From an uncultured delta proteobacterium (GTDB lineage Bacteria; Myxococcota; UBA727; VGSZ01): a DNA stretch of 64,000 nucleotides. Within the stretch, counting starts at the first letter, position 1. Each line of letters starts with the position of its first letter. Where the stretch lies: the NCBI GenBank assembly GCA_963775425.1, contig CAVZJB010000003.1:576001-640000 (forward strand). Reading direction: 5' to 3'. This document shows positions 20,704-32,888 of this stretch, piece after piece. Below the pieces are notes generated by a model. It was not told the DNA's origin. It saw nothing but the letters and a program-made list of their open reading frames with translations, and did not search any database. The position numbers were made by a program, and so were the translations under genes.

Positions 20704-21575
20704 TGAAGCGCAGCCGCTCCCTCCGGTCGCTGATCGGCGCGGCCGCTCCCTCCGGTCGCCTGGTGCTGACGGCGCTCGTCGTCGCCGCCGCCTTCGCCGC
20801 GCCCGCGCGCGCCGGCGACGACGCCGCGGCCGACGCGCCCGCTCCGGCGGCGGCCGGCGACGGCGAGACCAAGCCCGTGTTCCTCGTCACCGACGTCATC
20901 GTCGACGACGGCGTCGGCCTCGACAAGGACGCCGCGCGCGACTCGCTCGCCACGCGCTTCGGCAGGCTGCGCGACAAGATCGAGGTGCGCTCGCTCGGCG
21001 AGGTGAAGTCCACGCTCGACCGCGCGGCCGTGGCGCAGATGCTCGGCTCGTCGTCGTCCGACGAGGAGATCAACAAGATCGGCCAGTACGTCGCCGTCGA
21101 CCGCATCGTCTTCGGCCGCATCCACCAGGTGGCGGGCGTCACCGAGGTGCAGGTGAAGCTGTTCAACACCAGGGACGGCGTCACCGAGTGGGGCGCGTCG
21201 CGCCGCCTGAAGGCGGGGGCGCCGCCCTCGTTGATCCTCACGCTGCTCGACTCGCTCGGCGACGGCCTGTTGTCGTTCGTCGTCGACACCTACACAGACG
21301 GCGCCGCGAGCGCGAAGTTCGCCGCGCTGAAGGCCAAGAAGATCATACACGTGGCCCCCGCGCCGCCGCCGCCTCCCGGCAGCCCCTGGGGCATGCTCGG
21401 CGTCGTCGGCGGCGTGGTCGCCGGCGCCGGCATCGGCGTCGCCACCGTCGGCGGCATCGCCCTGGCGCAGGACGGCAACCAGGCGAGCCAGCTCCCGCTC
21501 ATCCTCGCGGGCGCGGGCGCCGGCGCCGCCGTGCTCGGCACCGCGCTCGTGGTCGTCGACGGCGCCACGGACTGA
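20703..21575 (+). CDS. Exported protein with C-terminal hydrophobic hairpin
   Basis: TGATG overlap; signal peptide ending PARA; two Gly-rich hydrophobic segments at the C-terminus. Confidence 0.7.
   Translation: MKRSRSLRSLIGAAAPSGRLVLTALVVAAAFAAPARAGDDAAADAPAPAAAGDGETKPVFLVTDVIVDDGVGLDKDAARDSLATRFGRLRDKIEVRSLGEVKSTLDRAAVAQMLGSSSSDEEINKIGQYVAVDRIVFGRIHQVAGVTEVQVKLFNTRDGVTEWGASRRLKAGAPPSLILTLLDSLGDGLLSFVVDTYTDGAASAKFAALKAKKIIHVAPAPPPPPGSPWGMLGVVGGVVAGAGIGVATVGGIALAQDGNQASQLPLILAGAGAGAAVLGTALVVVDGATD
20714..20759 (+). repeat. Hairpin repeat family, 2 copies, 29-bp period
   Basis: CCGCTCCCTCCGGTCGC at 20714 and 20743; same core as 57635 and 61105. Confidence 0.9.
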
Positions 21576-21610
21576 CGCTCCCCAGGGCGCCACGGGGGCA
21601 AGCGCGTCTT

Positions 21611-22516
21611 TCACAGACACAGCTCGAGGCCTTCGCGCGCCACCGTGGTCGCGGCGAAGCGCTTGCGCGCGCGCACGGAGAGCAGGTCCATGAACGTGTC
21701 GTCGTGGCCGGGGTCGTGGTGGAACAGGCAGAGCTGCTTGACGCCTGCGGCCTCGGCGACGGCGGCGCCCATCTCGAAGGTGGAGTGGCCCCAGCCGCGG
21801 CGCGAGAAGGTGCCCCGGCCCTCGTACTCCTCGGGCGTGTACATGGCGTCGAAGACGAGCATGTCCGCGCCGCGGGCGAGGTCGACCAGGCCGTCGAACA
21901 CGGCGCCGTCGCTGCCCTCGGCGAGCTCGAGGTCGGTGGCGTAGACCGCGCTGCTGCCGCCGTGCTCCACGCGATACGCGACGCAGCCGTTCGGGTGATC
22001 GACGCCGACGTGCCGCACGACGACGTCGTCGAGCGCGATGGCCTCACCGTAGGGCACATCGACGAAGCGCAGGTCCGCCTTCATGGCGTCGAGGCCCACG
22101 GGGAAGTTCGGCGCCGTCATCTGCGCCGCCATCGCCTCGCGCACCGACGACGGGGCCGGGCCCTCGAGGGAGGGCGAGCCGTCGTGGAGCGTCTGCGGCA
22201 CGTCGTCGTCCCACGGCCCCGGCGGCGGGGACTGCACGCCGTACACGGTGAGGTGGTTCTTCGGCGCGAACGCGGGCCCGAAGAAGGGGAAGCCCTGGAT
22301 GTGGTCCCAGTGCAGGTGCGAGAAGAACAGGTGCGCGTCGACGCCGGAGAAGCCGAGCTCGTTGCCGAGCTTCCGGATGCCGGTGCCCGCGTCGAAGATG
22401 AGGGTCTTTCCGCCGGCGTGCATCGCGACGCACGAGGTGTTACCGCCATACCTGCGCGTCTCGTCGCCCGCCGTCGCAATGGAGCCGCGCACACCGTAGA
22501 GCTTGAGTCGAATCAT
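21611..22516 (-). CDS. MBL-fold metallohydrolase (phosphodiesterase-like subfamily)
   Basis: SD AGAGGAGG; GVRGSI, GGNTSCV, DAGTGI, SHLHWDHIQG, GWGHS, FHHDP. Confidence 0.9.
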   Translation of the reverse strand: MIRLKLYGVRGSIATAGDETRRYGGNTSCVAMHAGGKTLIFDAGTGIRKLGNELGFSGVDAHLFFSHLHWDHIQGFPFFGPAFAPKNHLTVYGVQSPPPGPWDDDVPQTLHDGSPSLEGPAPSSVREAMAAQMTAPNFPVGLDAMKADLRFVDVPYGEAIALDDVVVRHVGVDHPNGCVAYRVEHGGSSAVYATDLELAEGSDGAVFDGLVDLARGADMLVFDAMYTPEEYEGRGTFSRRGWGHSTFEMGAAVAEAAGVKQLCLFHHDPGHDDTFMDLLSVRARKRFAATTVAREGLELCL

Positions 22517-22543
22517 CCCGTCCTCCTCTTTGCCCGCGTAGGA

Positions 22544-22590
22544 ACCACGTCGCGTGCCATCCGATGAAACCCCGCAAGATCAGCCACTTG
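22544..22590 (-). promoter_or_regulatory. Putative sigma54 promoter plus IHF site upstream of the MBL hydrolase
   Basis: Minus strand TGGCAC-GCGAC-GTGGT at 22559-22544 (perfect -24, GG instead of GC at -12); gATCAG-CCAC-TTG at 22578-22590 fits WATCAR-N4-TTR with one mismatch. Confidence 0.55.
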
Positions 22591-22631
22591 CGCCGACGGC
22601 CGCGCCGCCGGGTGCACCAGCGGAGCGCACG

Positions 22632-23728
22632 GTGACCGATCCTGGCGCAGCCGGTCCGGGCGCCACCGAGCGCCGCCGCGCGCTGCAGCCCTTGTGGAAC
22701 GCGCTCGACGCGCACCTCGCGCCACACGCGGCGGCCGGCGGCGCGCTGCTCGCCGTCAGCGGCGGGCCCGACTCGCGCGCGCTCCTCGAGGCGGCGGCGC
22801 GCTGGCCGCGGCGCCACGAGCTCGCCCTCGAGGTGGCCTCGGTGGATCACGGCACGCGCGAGGCGTCCTTCGCCGAGGCCGACGCCGTCGTCGCCCGCGC
22901 GCGCGCCCTGGGCTTCAGCGCGCACCTGCTGCGCTTACGGCGGGGGCTGCGCGGCGAGGCGGCGTGGCGCGACGCGCGCTACCGGGCGTTGTCGTCGTGC
23001 GCGCGCGGCGCCGGTCTCGGCGCCGTCGTCGTCGCGCACCACGCCGGCGACGCGGCCGAGGGGCTGCTCCTGGCGCTCACCGGCGAGGGCGGAGGGGCGA
23101 TGGTCCCCGCGCGCGCGCTCTTCGACGTCGTCGTCGTGCGTCCCTTCCTCACGCTCCGCCGCGAGGACCTGCGGCTCGCGCTGGCGGCGTGCGACGCGGT
23201 CGATACGTTTACGGAGCCGGACGCGTCGTCGGCGCGCGCGCGGGTGCGCCGCGACGTGCTCGCGCCGCTCGAGGCCGCTGCGCGCTTCATGGGTCGCGGG
23301 CGCCTCGAGGCGCGCCTCGCCGCGCGCGCCCGCTCGCTCGCCGACGACGACGAGGCGCTCGCCGCCGCCGCCGCCGTCGTCGGCCTCGTCGGCGAAGACG
23401 CGGACGGCGTCGTGCACGTCGCCGCCGCGCCCCCCGCCGTGTTCCGGCGTGCCTTGCGCGCGGCGCTCGAGGCCGTCTGGGCGCGCGACGGATCTGCGGG
23501 GCGGGGCAGGACGGATCCGCGCGACGCTGCGGCGGGGGTCGAGGTGGCCCTCGGCCTCGTGGCGGCCGGTCGGGCGGGCCACGTCGACGTCTCCGGCGCC
23601 GCCATCGACGTCGGCCCCCGCGGGGGGGCGAGAGTTGCCGTGCGGCCACCCCCAACGCATGATGGGAGGGTCGATACTAGACTTTCCGCGCTGCGCCCCG
23701 TGCCCATGATGGGGCGTGAGGATTCCGA

Positions 23729-23732
<4 letters not shown>
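22632..23732 (+). CDS. tilS: tRNA(Ile)-lysidine synthetase (divergent)
   Basis: AVSGGPDS, VDHG.R, RDARY, AHHAGD, RPFL; lies directly upstream of ftsH; GTG 22632 chosen for its GGAG SD. Confidence 0.85.
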
Positions 23733-25680
<1,948 letters not shown>

Positions 25681-25684
<4 letters not shown>

Positions 25685-25842
25685 CCGAAGGCGACGCTCC
25701 GGCGTCACCCGCGGCGCCCTCGGCCGCGCCTTCGTTCCAGCTGTCCTGCGGCGTCATCCTGCCGCTCGACGCCGTGTTCATCTTCGGCGTGTACCGCCGC
25801 TTTCGTTCGCGCGCGCCGTCGCTCGTGCAGGGCGCCGGCTGA
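25681..25842 (+). CDS. Putative small membrane protein (53 aa)
   Basis: TTGA overlap with ftsH stop and TGATG overlap with the next gene; one hydrophobic stretch followed by RRFR. Confidence 0.45.
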
Positions 25843-26732
25843 TGCCGGAGCGCGCGGGGGCGTGGCAAAAGCCGTCGAGCGCCGCCGGCGCCGTCGTCAC
25901 CGCCGCGTTCCACCCGCCGGCGTCGCCCGCCGCGCGCCACGGCCTCGTCGTCGACGTCGTCCGCCTCGGCGCGCCCGAGCTGCCGTGGCTCGGGCCCTTC
26001 GCGCTCGTGGCCGCGGCCGCCGCGCTCGTCGCCGCCGGCGACGGCCCCGCCGCCGTCGACGGCGCCGCCGTCGCCGTCGTGCGCGCCGCCTGCGCCGGCG
26101 CCGCCATCCTCGTCACCGCCGCCGGCTTGTGCGTGGGCTTCGCCCGCCTCGACGTCCGGTCCCGCGGCGTGGCCGGCGGCGTCGGTGGCGGCTTCCTGCG
26201 CGCGTCCCTGTCGCGCGCCGCGCCCATGGCGCTGCTGCTCACGGGCGCGTGCGCCGCCTGCGCGGGGCCCGCGCTCGTCGCCGCGCGCGCCTTCGACGTG
26301 CCCGCCGACCTCGCCGCCGGCGACGCCGCGGCGCGCTTCACGGTGCTCCTCGCGTGCGCCGTCTTCCTCGGCGCGCTCGCGCTCGTCGTCGGGGCGCGCC
26401 TGCTGGTCGCCGCGCCGCTGCTGGCGCTCGACCGGCTCGGGCCCGGCGCCGCCGTCGTGGGCGCCTGGGGCCTCACCGAGGACGCCACGTGGGCGCTCAC
26501 CTGGCGCGCGGGGCTCGGCGCGGCGCTCGCGGTCGTCGTCGTCCTCGCGGTCCGCGCGCTCACGCTCGCCGCGGCCGCGAAGGCCGGCGCGTCCCTGGGC
26601 GCCGGCGGGGCGGCCGCGGCCGCGGACGCCGCCGCGTTCCTCGTCGTCGCCGGGGTCGTGCTGCCGCTCGCCGCCGCCTACGCGTTTGCGGTGCGCCGCC
26701 GCCTCGCGCCCGTCGACGACGCGCTCGCTTGA
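25842..26732 (+). CDS. Ala-rich integral membrane protein
   Basis: About 6 hydrophobic segments; Ala/Val/Gly-rich. Confidence 0.6.
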   Translation: MPERAGAWQKPSSAAGAVVTAAFHPPASPAARHGLVVDVVRLGAPELPWLGPFALVAAAAALVAAGDGPAAVDGAAVAVVRAACAGAAILVTAAGLCVGFARLDVRSRGVAGGVGGGFLRASLSRAAPMALLLTGACAACAGPALVAARAFDVPADLAAGDAAARFTVLLACAVFLGALALVVGARLLVAAPLLALDRLGPGAAVVGAWGLTEDATWALTWRAGLGAALAVVVVLAVRALTLAAAAKAGASLGAGGAAAAADAAAFLVVAGVVLPLAAAYAFAVRRRLAPVDDALA

Positions 26733-26749
26733 CGGCCCCGTCGTTCGAG

Positions 26750-27760
26750 CTAGGGCTCGCGCGTCGGGATCGCGGCCAGGATGGCGGCGATGAGCGCGTC
26801 GGCGTCGGCAGGAGCGAGGGCCCCCTCGTCGACGAGCTTGTCTTCGAGCGCGTCGTGGATGGGCGCGATGAAGTTGACGCTGAAGAAGCGGCCGCCGAGG
26901 AGCTTTTTGTCGCGCACCGCAACGCGGACGTCGTCGAACGCCGGGACGACGCCGCGCGGGAGCCGCGGCAGGTCGACGGCGCGCATCTCGCCCCACAGCG
27001 AGTTGCCGAGGTGGCGGGCGCGCGGACGGCCGTCGATCACCTCGAGGGCGCCCCAGGTGAACCACCCGGCCTCGACCTCGACGGTGCGCGCCCCGGAGCG
27101 GGCGTGCGCCATGCAATCGCGCCCCTCGAGGAGCGCGATGAGGTGGAACCCGCCGCGCACCCCGAAGGCGCGCAGCCGCCGCACCACCGGCCGCGGGCCG
27201 TCGAGCTCGATGAGCAGGAGGGGCTCGTCGTCGAGCATGTCGAGGACGCTGGTGAGGAACCCCGCGTGCTGCGCGCCGGTGGCCTCGAAGATCGCGCGAA
27301 CGGCGCCGGCGCCGGGGTGCGCGCGCAGCCGCTTGCGGGCGTCGACGTCGCGGGCGAGGCGGGCCATGGCGCCGACGACGGCGAGCGGCCAGGCCCGCGC
27401 CGGCGCCGGCGCCTCGCAGGCGGCCTTGTCGTCGGGCCCGGCGGGCCCGTCGAGCGGGAGATCCTTGTCGGCCTCGGCGAGCGGCACCAGCGCCTCGGCG
27501 ATGCGCGCGACGACGTCGAGGACGATGTCGATGCCGGTGGCCGGTGTGGCGCCCGCCTCGACGAGGCTGCCGCTGGCGATGAGCCGCAGCGCGGCGCTCA
27601 TGGGCGGCGCGTCGCGCGCGCCGTCGAGGAGCGCGGCCACGGCGGCGTCCTTGTCGGCGCGCGACGCCGCCTGTGCCGCGGCGTTCATCGGTCCCCACGG
27701 GATGGCGGCGCCGTCGTCGATGGCGCGGGCGGCGGCGGCGGCGGCCTCGGCGAGGAGCAT
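26750..27760 (-). CDS. Hypothetical protein
   Basis: Protein-like composition and GC3 bias; fills the gap between flanking genes; start uncertain. Confidence 0.7.
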   Translation of the reverse strand: MLLAEAAAAAARAIDDGAAIPWGPMNAAAQAASRADKDAAVAALLDGARDAPPMSAALRLIASGSLVEAGATPATGIDIVLDVVARIAEALVPLAEADKDLPLDGPAGPDDKAACEAPAPARAWPLAVVGAMARLARDVDARKRLRAHPGAGAVRAIFEATGAQHAGFLTSVLDMLDDEPLLLIELDGPRPVVRRLRAFGVRGGFHLIALLEGRDCMAHARSGARTVEVEAGWFTWGALEVIDGRPRARHLGNSLWGEMRAVDLPRLPRGVVPAFDDVRVAVRDKKLLGGRFFSVNFIAPIHDALEDKLVDEGALAPADADALIAAILAAIPTREP

Positions 27761-27830
27761 TCCTCCGCGATAGCATGGGGGCGGTTGACCGGGTCCACGT
27801 GAGACGTGAGACCGTCTCCCGAGGATAACC

Positions 27831-29402
27831 GTGCGCGAGCCCGTGTTTGCCATCGTCGGCCGGCCGAACGTCGGGAAGAGCACGCTCTTCAACCGCATCG
27901 CCGGGCGACCCATCGCCATCGTCGAGGACACCCCCGGTGTCACCCGCGATCGCATCTACGCGCGCGCCGACTTCTACGTCCCCGCGGCCGAGGGCGGCGG
28001 GGAGGACCAGGCGCGCGCCGTCCTCATCGACACCGGGGGCTTCGAGCCCGCGCCGTCCACCGATCTGTTCGCCGCCGTGCGCGAGCAGACGCAGCTCGCC
28101 ATCGACGAGGCCGACGTCATCATCCACGTCGTCGACGCCCGCCAGGGCGTCTCCCCGGACGACGTCGAGGTCGCGCGGCTGTTGCGCAGGAGCGGGCGCC
28201 CCGTGGTCCTCGCCGCCAACAAGCTCGACTCGCCGAAGCAAGCCGGCCTCGACGCGCAGTTCTGGGAGCTCGGCGTCGACACCATCGTCCCCATCGCCGC
28301 CGCCCACGGCCTCGGCACCTCCGCGCTGCTCGAGGCGTGCTTCGTCAAGATCCCCGAGGCCCTGCGCGAGGGCGCCCTCGCGGCCGCGCGCGAGGCCGAC
28401 GAGGAGGCGCGCGCCCTCGACGACGCCTCCCTCGACGCGGCCCTCGAGGAGGCCGAGGCCGACGCCGAGGCCCGCGGCGGCGCGGACGACGAGGACGAGG
28501 CCGGCGCGGGGATCATCGTGGCCCTCCCCGACGTCCTGCGCATCGCCGTCGTCGGCAGGCCCAACGCGGGCAAGTCGAGCTTCGTCAACAAGCTCCTCGG
28601 CGAGGACCGCCACCTCGTCAGCCCCGTCCCCGGCACCACCGTGGACTCCATCGACAGCTTCATGGAGCACGGCGGCCGCCGCTTCCGGCTCATCGACACC
28701 GCCGGCATCCGGCGCAAGCGCAGCATCGGCGGCAGCGTCGAGAAGCACGCCGTGGTGAGCGCGCTCAAGGGCATGGACCGCGCGGACGTCGTGCTCCTGT
28801 TGCTCGACGCCATGGAGGGCCTCGCCGAGCAGGACATGAAGATCGCGTCCTTCGCCGACGACAAGAACAAGGCCGTGGTCATCGTCGTCAACAAGTGGGA
28901 TCTCGCGCGCGAGGCCAAGCCGCCCATGGCGCACCAGCAGGTGGACGGGCCGCTCGACGCCGAGGCCTACGCCAAGCAGATCCGAGAGGTCATGCCGTTC
29001 CTCGGGCACGCCCCCATCCGCTTCGTCTCCGCCAAGACCGGCAAGCGCGTCTTCGACGTCCTCGACACCGCCGTCGCCCTCGCCGAGGAGCACTTCCGGC
29101 GCATCCCCACCGGCGAGGTCAACCGCGCGCTCAAGGCCGCCGTCGACGGCCACCAGCCCCCGATGCACAAGGGCCGCCGCACGCGGCTCTACTTCGGGAC
29201 GCAGGTGCGCGCGGCGCCGCCGACCTTCGTCATCGCCGTCAACGATCCCGAGGGCGTCCACTTCAGCTACCGGCGCTACCTGCAAAACCGCTTCCGCGAA
29301 GACTTCTCCTTCGGCGGCGCCCCCATCCGCCTGATCTTCCGCAAGCGCAAGCAGACGCGGACCGCGCCGCCGCCGGGCCGGGGACGCGAGCAACGCCGGT
29401 GA
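27831..29402 (+). CDS. der: Ribosome biogenesis GTPase Der/EngA
   Basis: Two G domains (GRPNVGKS, DTGG, NKLD; GRPNAGKS, DTAG, NKWD); acidic linker; KH-like C-terminus. Confidence 0.97.
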   Translation: MREPVFAIVGRPNVGKSTLFNRIAGRPIAIVEDTPGVTRDRIYARADFYVPAAEGGGEDQARAVLIDTGGFEPAPSTDLFAAVREQTQLAIDEADVIIHVVDARQGVSPDDVEVARLLRRSGRPVVLAANKLDSPKQAGLDAQFWELGVDTIVPIAAAHGLGTSALLEACFVKIPEALREGALAAAREADEEARALDDASLDAALEEAEADAEARGGADDEDEAGAGIIVALPDVLRIAVVGRPNAGKSSFVNKLLGEDRHLVSPVPGTTVDSIDSFMEHGGRRFRLIDTAGIRRKRSIGGSVEKHAVVSALKGMDRADVVLLLLDAMEGLAEQDMKIASFADDKNKAVVIVVNKWDLAREAKPPMAHQQVDGPLDAEAYAKQIREVMPFLGHAPIRFVSAKTGKRVFDVLDTAVALAEEHFRRIPTGEVNRALKAAVDGHQPPMHKGRRTRLYFGTQVRAAPPTFVIAVNDPEGVHFSYRRYLQNRFREDFSFGGAPIRLIFRKRKQTRTAPPPGRGREQRR

Positions 29403-30400
29403 GGCCGATCCGTCGAATCCCGGCGCAGCTCCGCGCGCGGTTCGACAAGATCGCCCGAGACGTCATCGGCCGGGTGCGCCGCCACAAGGTGCTCGGCGAG
29501 ATCTACGAGCTCGTCGACGGCAGCCTCGGCGACTTCGCCCGCGACCACGGCCCGATGTACGCGGGCGCGCTCGCCTTCTACGCCATCCTCTCGCTCATCC
29601 CGCTCATCATCCTCATCGCGTCGCTGTCGGGCTTCGCGCTCGCGGGGGGCACCGAGCACGCCATCGACACGTCGCTCGACGAGGTGATGATCCAGATCAA
29701 GAGGATCATCCCCTACATCGAGCCGCGCCTCGAGGACGACCTCCGCGCCATCATCCAGAACCGCAAGAGCCTCGGCGCCGTCGGCGTCTTCGCGCTGCTG
29801 TTGTCGTCGTCGGAGGTGTTCCGCGCCATCGAGTTCGCGCTCGCCCGCATCTTCGCCCGCGGCGACCACGACGAGCCGAGCTACAAAAAGGCGCAGCCGC
29901 GCAGCTACCTCGCGAGCAAGCTCGTGTTCAGCGCGTTCGTCACGGCGCTGGTGCTCGCGTTCATCGGCATCCGCCTCTTCGCCGGCGGGCTCACCCACCT
30001 GGCCCTCGCCGTGCACCTGCCGCGGGTGGCGAACCTGTTGGCCGATCCTTTCGGCAACGGGGCGGTGGGGCAGGTGGCGACGGCGGCGGGCATCGTCCTC
30101 GGCTTCGTGGTGATGCTCAAGGTGTTCACGCAGCAGAAGGTGCACGCGCGCTTCGCCTTCATCGGCGCGGCGCTGTTCTACCTGCTCTTTCAGGCCGCCC
30201 ACGCCGTCTACGACGCGTACATCGAGCGCATCACGAACGTCGGTGCCATGTACGGCAGCTTCGCCACGCTCATCATCGTGGTCCTGTGGATCTACTACTC
30301 GGCGACGCTCCTGCTCATCTGCTGCCACGTCACCAAGACGGTACAGCGGCGCATGCTGCACGGCCCCCGCTGGCCCAAGGACAAGCTGTCGCTGTGGTGA
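29399..30400 (+). CDS. YihY/BrkB-family membrane protein
   Basis: GTGA overlap; AGALAFYAILSLIP, MYGSFATLIIVVLWIYYS. Confidence 0.9.
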   Translation: MRPIRRIPAQLRARFDKIARDVIGRVRRHKVLGEIYELVDGSLGDFARDHGPMYAGALAFYAILSLIPLIILIASLSGFALAGGTEHAIDTSLDEVMIQIKRIIPYIEPRLEDDLRAIIQNRKSLGAVGVFALLLSSSEVFRAIEFALARIFARGDHDEPSYKKAQPRSYLASKLVFSAFVTALVLAFIGIRLFAGGLTHLALAVHLPRVANLLADPFGNGAVGQVATAAGIVLGFVVMLKVFTQQKVHARFAFIGAALFYLLFQAAHAVYDAYIERITNVGAMYGSFATLIIVVLWIYYSATLLLICCHVTKTVQRRMLHGPRWPKDKLSLW

Positions 30401-31689
30401 CCCTGGCCCGGCGCCTGCGCCCCATCGTGAGGCCGTTGACGACGACGGCGTCGGGTGAGACCACGCGCCGCATGGAACCGGGCTCGTACGAGCGGCTGCG
30501 GCGCGCCGTCGACGGCGTGCCGCTCCCGTGCGCGGTGGTCGACCTCGACGCGCTCGAGAGCAACGCGCGCGCGCTCAACGGCATCGCGCGCGCCGCGGGC
30601 AAGGGCCTGCGGCTCGCCACCAAGTCCGTGCGCTGCCCCCGGCTGATTCGTCACGTCGTCGACGGCGGCGAGGGCACCGTGCGCGGCCTGATGACCTATA
30701 CGGCCACCGAGACGGCGTTCCTCGCGGAGCAGGGCCACGACGACCTGCTGCTCGCGTACCCCACGGCGCAAAAGAGCGACGCCGACATCCTCGCGGGGCT
30801 CACCGCGCAAGGAAAGACCGTGAGCTGCGTCGTCGACGACGAGGCGCACCTCCACGCGCTGAACGCCGCCGCCGTCCGCGCCGGCGACGGCGTGCGCGTG
30901 CGCGTCACCATCGAGATCGACATGTCGTTTCGCCCCGTCGGCGGCGTGCACCTCGGCGTGCGCCGCAGCCCCCTGCACACGGCGGCGGACGTCGCGGCGT
31001 TCGCGCAGCGGGTGAAGGTCCACGAGCGCCTGATCGTCGACGGCGTCATGGGCTACGAGGCGCAGATCGCCGGCGTCACCGACAACAGCCCGTTCAAGCC
31101 GATGATGAACGCGCCCAAGCGCATCCTGAAGCTCCTGTCCAAGCCGGCCGTTGCCTCGACGCGCGCGTCGGTGGCGGCGGCGCTCAAGGGCGCGGGCTTC
31201 TCCTTGCGCCTCTTCAACGGCGGCGGCACCGGGAGCCTGCGCTGGTCCTCGGCGGAGGACGCGCTCACCGAGGTCACCGCCGGCTCGGGTTACCTGGACA
31301 GCCAGCTCTTCTCCTACTACCGCGACCTCGACCTGCGGCCCGCGGCGTTCTTCGCGCTCCAGGTGGTGCGCAAGCCGGCGCCCGGGATGGTGACCTGTCA
31401 CGGCGGCGGCTACGTCGCCTCGGGCGAGGTCGGCGCCGACCGGCTGCCGGTGCCGGCGCTGCCGGAGGGCCTGGCGCTCCTGCCGCTCGAGGGCGCGGGC
31501 GAGGTCCAGACGCCCCTGCTGGTCGACGAGCGGGCGGCGGCGCCCCGCGTCGGCGATCCCGTGTTCTTTCGGCACGCCAAGGCCGGCGAGCTCGCCGAGC
31601 ACTTCAACGAGTACCTCCTGGTGCGCGGCGACAGCGTCGTCGAGCGCGCGCCCACCTACCGCGGCCTCGGGCAGTGCTTCCTGGGGTGA
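30397..31689 (+). CDS. PLP-dependent alanine-racemase-fold enzyme (D-amino acid aldolase/dehydratase-like)
   Basis: VDLDALESN, RLATKSVRC (PLP Lys), MGYEAQ, NGGGTGS, EVTAGSG, FRHAKAGE. Confidence 0.85.
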   Translation: MTLARRLRPIVRPLTTTASGETTRRMEPGSYERLRRAVDGVPLPCAVVDLDALESNARALNGIARAAGKGLRLATKSVRCPRLIRHVVDGGEGTVRGLMTYTATETAFLAEQGHDDLLLAYPTAQKSDADILAGLTAQGKTVSCVVDDEAHLHALNAAAVRAGDGVRVRVTIEIDMSFRPVGGVHLGVRRSPLHTAADVAAFAQRVKVHERLIVDGVMGYEAQIAGVTDNSPFKPMMNAPKRILKLLSKPAVASTRASVAAALKGAGFSLRLFNGGGTGSLRWSSAEDALTEVTAGSGYLDSQLFSYYRDLDLRPAAFFALQVVRKPAPGMVTCHGGGYVASGEVGADRLPVPALPEGLALLPLEGAGEVQTPLLVDERAAAPRVGDPVFFRHAKAGELAEHFNEYLLVRGDSVVERAPTYRGLGQCFLG

Positions 31690-31711
31690 ACACGATGAAC
31701 GGAGTGCTCGC

Positions 31712-32821
31712 TTGAAGCTGGTCTATCGAGACAGGAGCGCCGACCCCGCGGGTTGGGCGCGTGACCTCGGCATCTCCAAAGAGGCCGTCGACGTCTACCT
31801 CGCCGGCGACGTTATCGACCTGCACATGGAGACGTTCATCTGGCAGCGCTCGCTCGCCTACGACATGACCAAGCGGCACGGCCGCGGGCCGTTCGGCGCG
31901 CGCATGTTCGGCCAGCTCGACCTGCCGCGCGTGCGCGAGGCGAGCATCACGGGCGGCACCTGGTCCATCTCCACCAACCCGCTGCGCCCGTCGAAGAACC
32001 GCGCCACCACCTTCGTGCGCAACCTGCACCGGCTGCGCGCCATCCTCGAAGGCGCCTCCGAGGACGTCGCCGTCTGCCGGAACCTCGCCGAGTACCGGGC
32101 CGCGCGCGCCGCCGGCAAGCACGGGGCGTTCATCGGCATCCAAGGCGGCAACGCCCTCGACAAGGACCTCTCAGCGCTCGACCTCATCGAGGACGACCTC
32201 GTCCTGCGCATCACCCTCGTGCACCTGTCGACGTCGAAGCTCGGCGTCACCAGCGCGCCCGGCTGGGGCAAGAGCAACCCCGGGCTCACGCCGTTCGGCC
32301 GCGACTACGTGCGGCGCATGAACGAAAAGCGCATCTTCGTCGACCTCGCGCACATCGATCGCAAGGGCTTCTTCGACGCCGTCGAGGTGCACGACAAGTC
32401 CCAGCCGCTCATCGTCACTCACACCGGCGTCACCGGCATCAAGCAGCATTGGCGCAACATCGACGACGACCAGATCAAGGCCGTCGCCGACACCGGCGGC
32501 ACCATCGGCATCATCTACCAGATGGGCTTCCTCGGCGGTGACCACAAGGCCGGGCGCATCATCGATCACATGCAGCACATCATCGACGTCGCCGGCGAGG
32601 ACTTCGTCTCGCTCGGCAGCGACTGGGACGGCGTCATCTTCCCCCCGCGCGACATGCCCACGTGCCTCGAGCTGCCGCGGCTCGCGCAGCGCATGCTCGA
32701 TCGCGGTTGGACCGCGGAGCGCATCCACAAGGTGCTCGGCGGGAGCTTCCTGCGCGCCCTCGGCCACCTGCGCGGCACGGGCGCCGCCGCCGGCGCCCAA
32801 AACGGCGAGGCCCGCGCGTGA
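31712..32821 (+). CDS. Membrane (renal) dipeptidase family M19
   Basis: IDLH, DLPRVR, GLTPFGR, VDLAH, THTG, RNIDDDQI, LGSDWDG. Confidence 0.88.
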   Translation: MKLVYRDRSADPAGWARDLGISKEAVDVYLAGDVIDLHMETFIWQRSLAYDMTKRHGRGPFGARMFGQLDLPRVREASITGGTWSISTNPLRPSKNRATTFVRNLHRLRAILEGASEDVAVCRNLAEYRAARAAGKHGAFIGIQGGNALDKDLSALDLIEDDLVLRITLVHLSTSKLGVTSAPGWGKSNPGLTPFGRDYVRRMNEKRIFVDLAHIDRKGFFDAVEVHDKSQPLIVTHTGVTGIKQHWRNIDDDQIKAVADTGGTIGIIYQMGFLGGDHKAGRIIDHMQHIIDVAGEDFVSLGSDWDGVIFPPRDMPTCLELPRLAQRMLDRGWTAERIHKVLGGSFLRALGHLRGTGAAAGAQNGEARA

Positions 32822-32888
32822 GGACAGCGTCGACGAGCGCCCGGCGGGGGACGAGCCCCCGCGCCACTTTGGACAACGAGGCCCAGCG

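Noticed and set aside
22554-22631. tilS start at 22554 as given in the ORF track
   Set aside because: It overlaps the putative sigma54/IHF promoter of the divergent gene. GTG 22632 has a GGAG SD.
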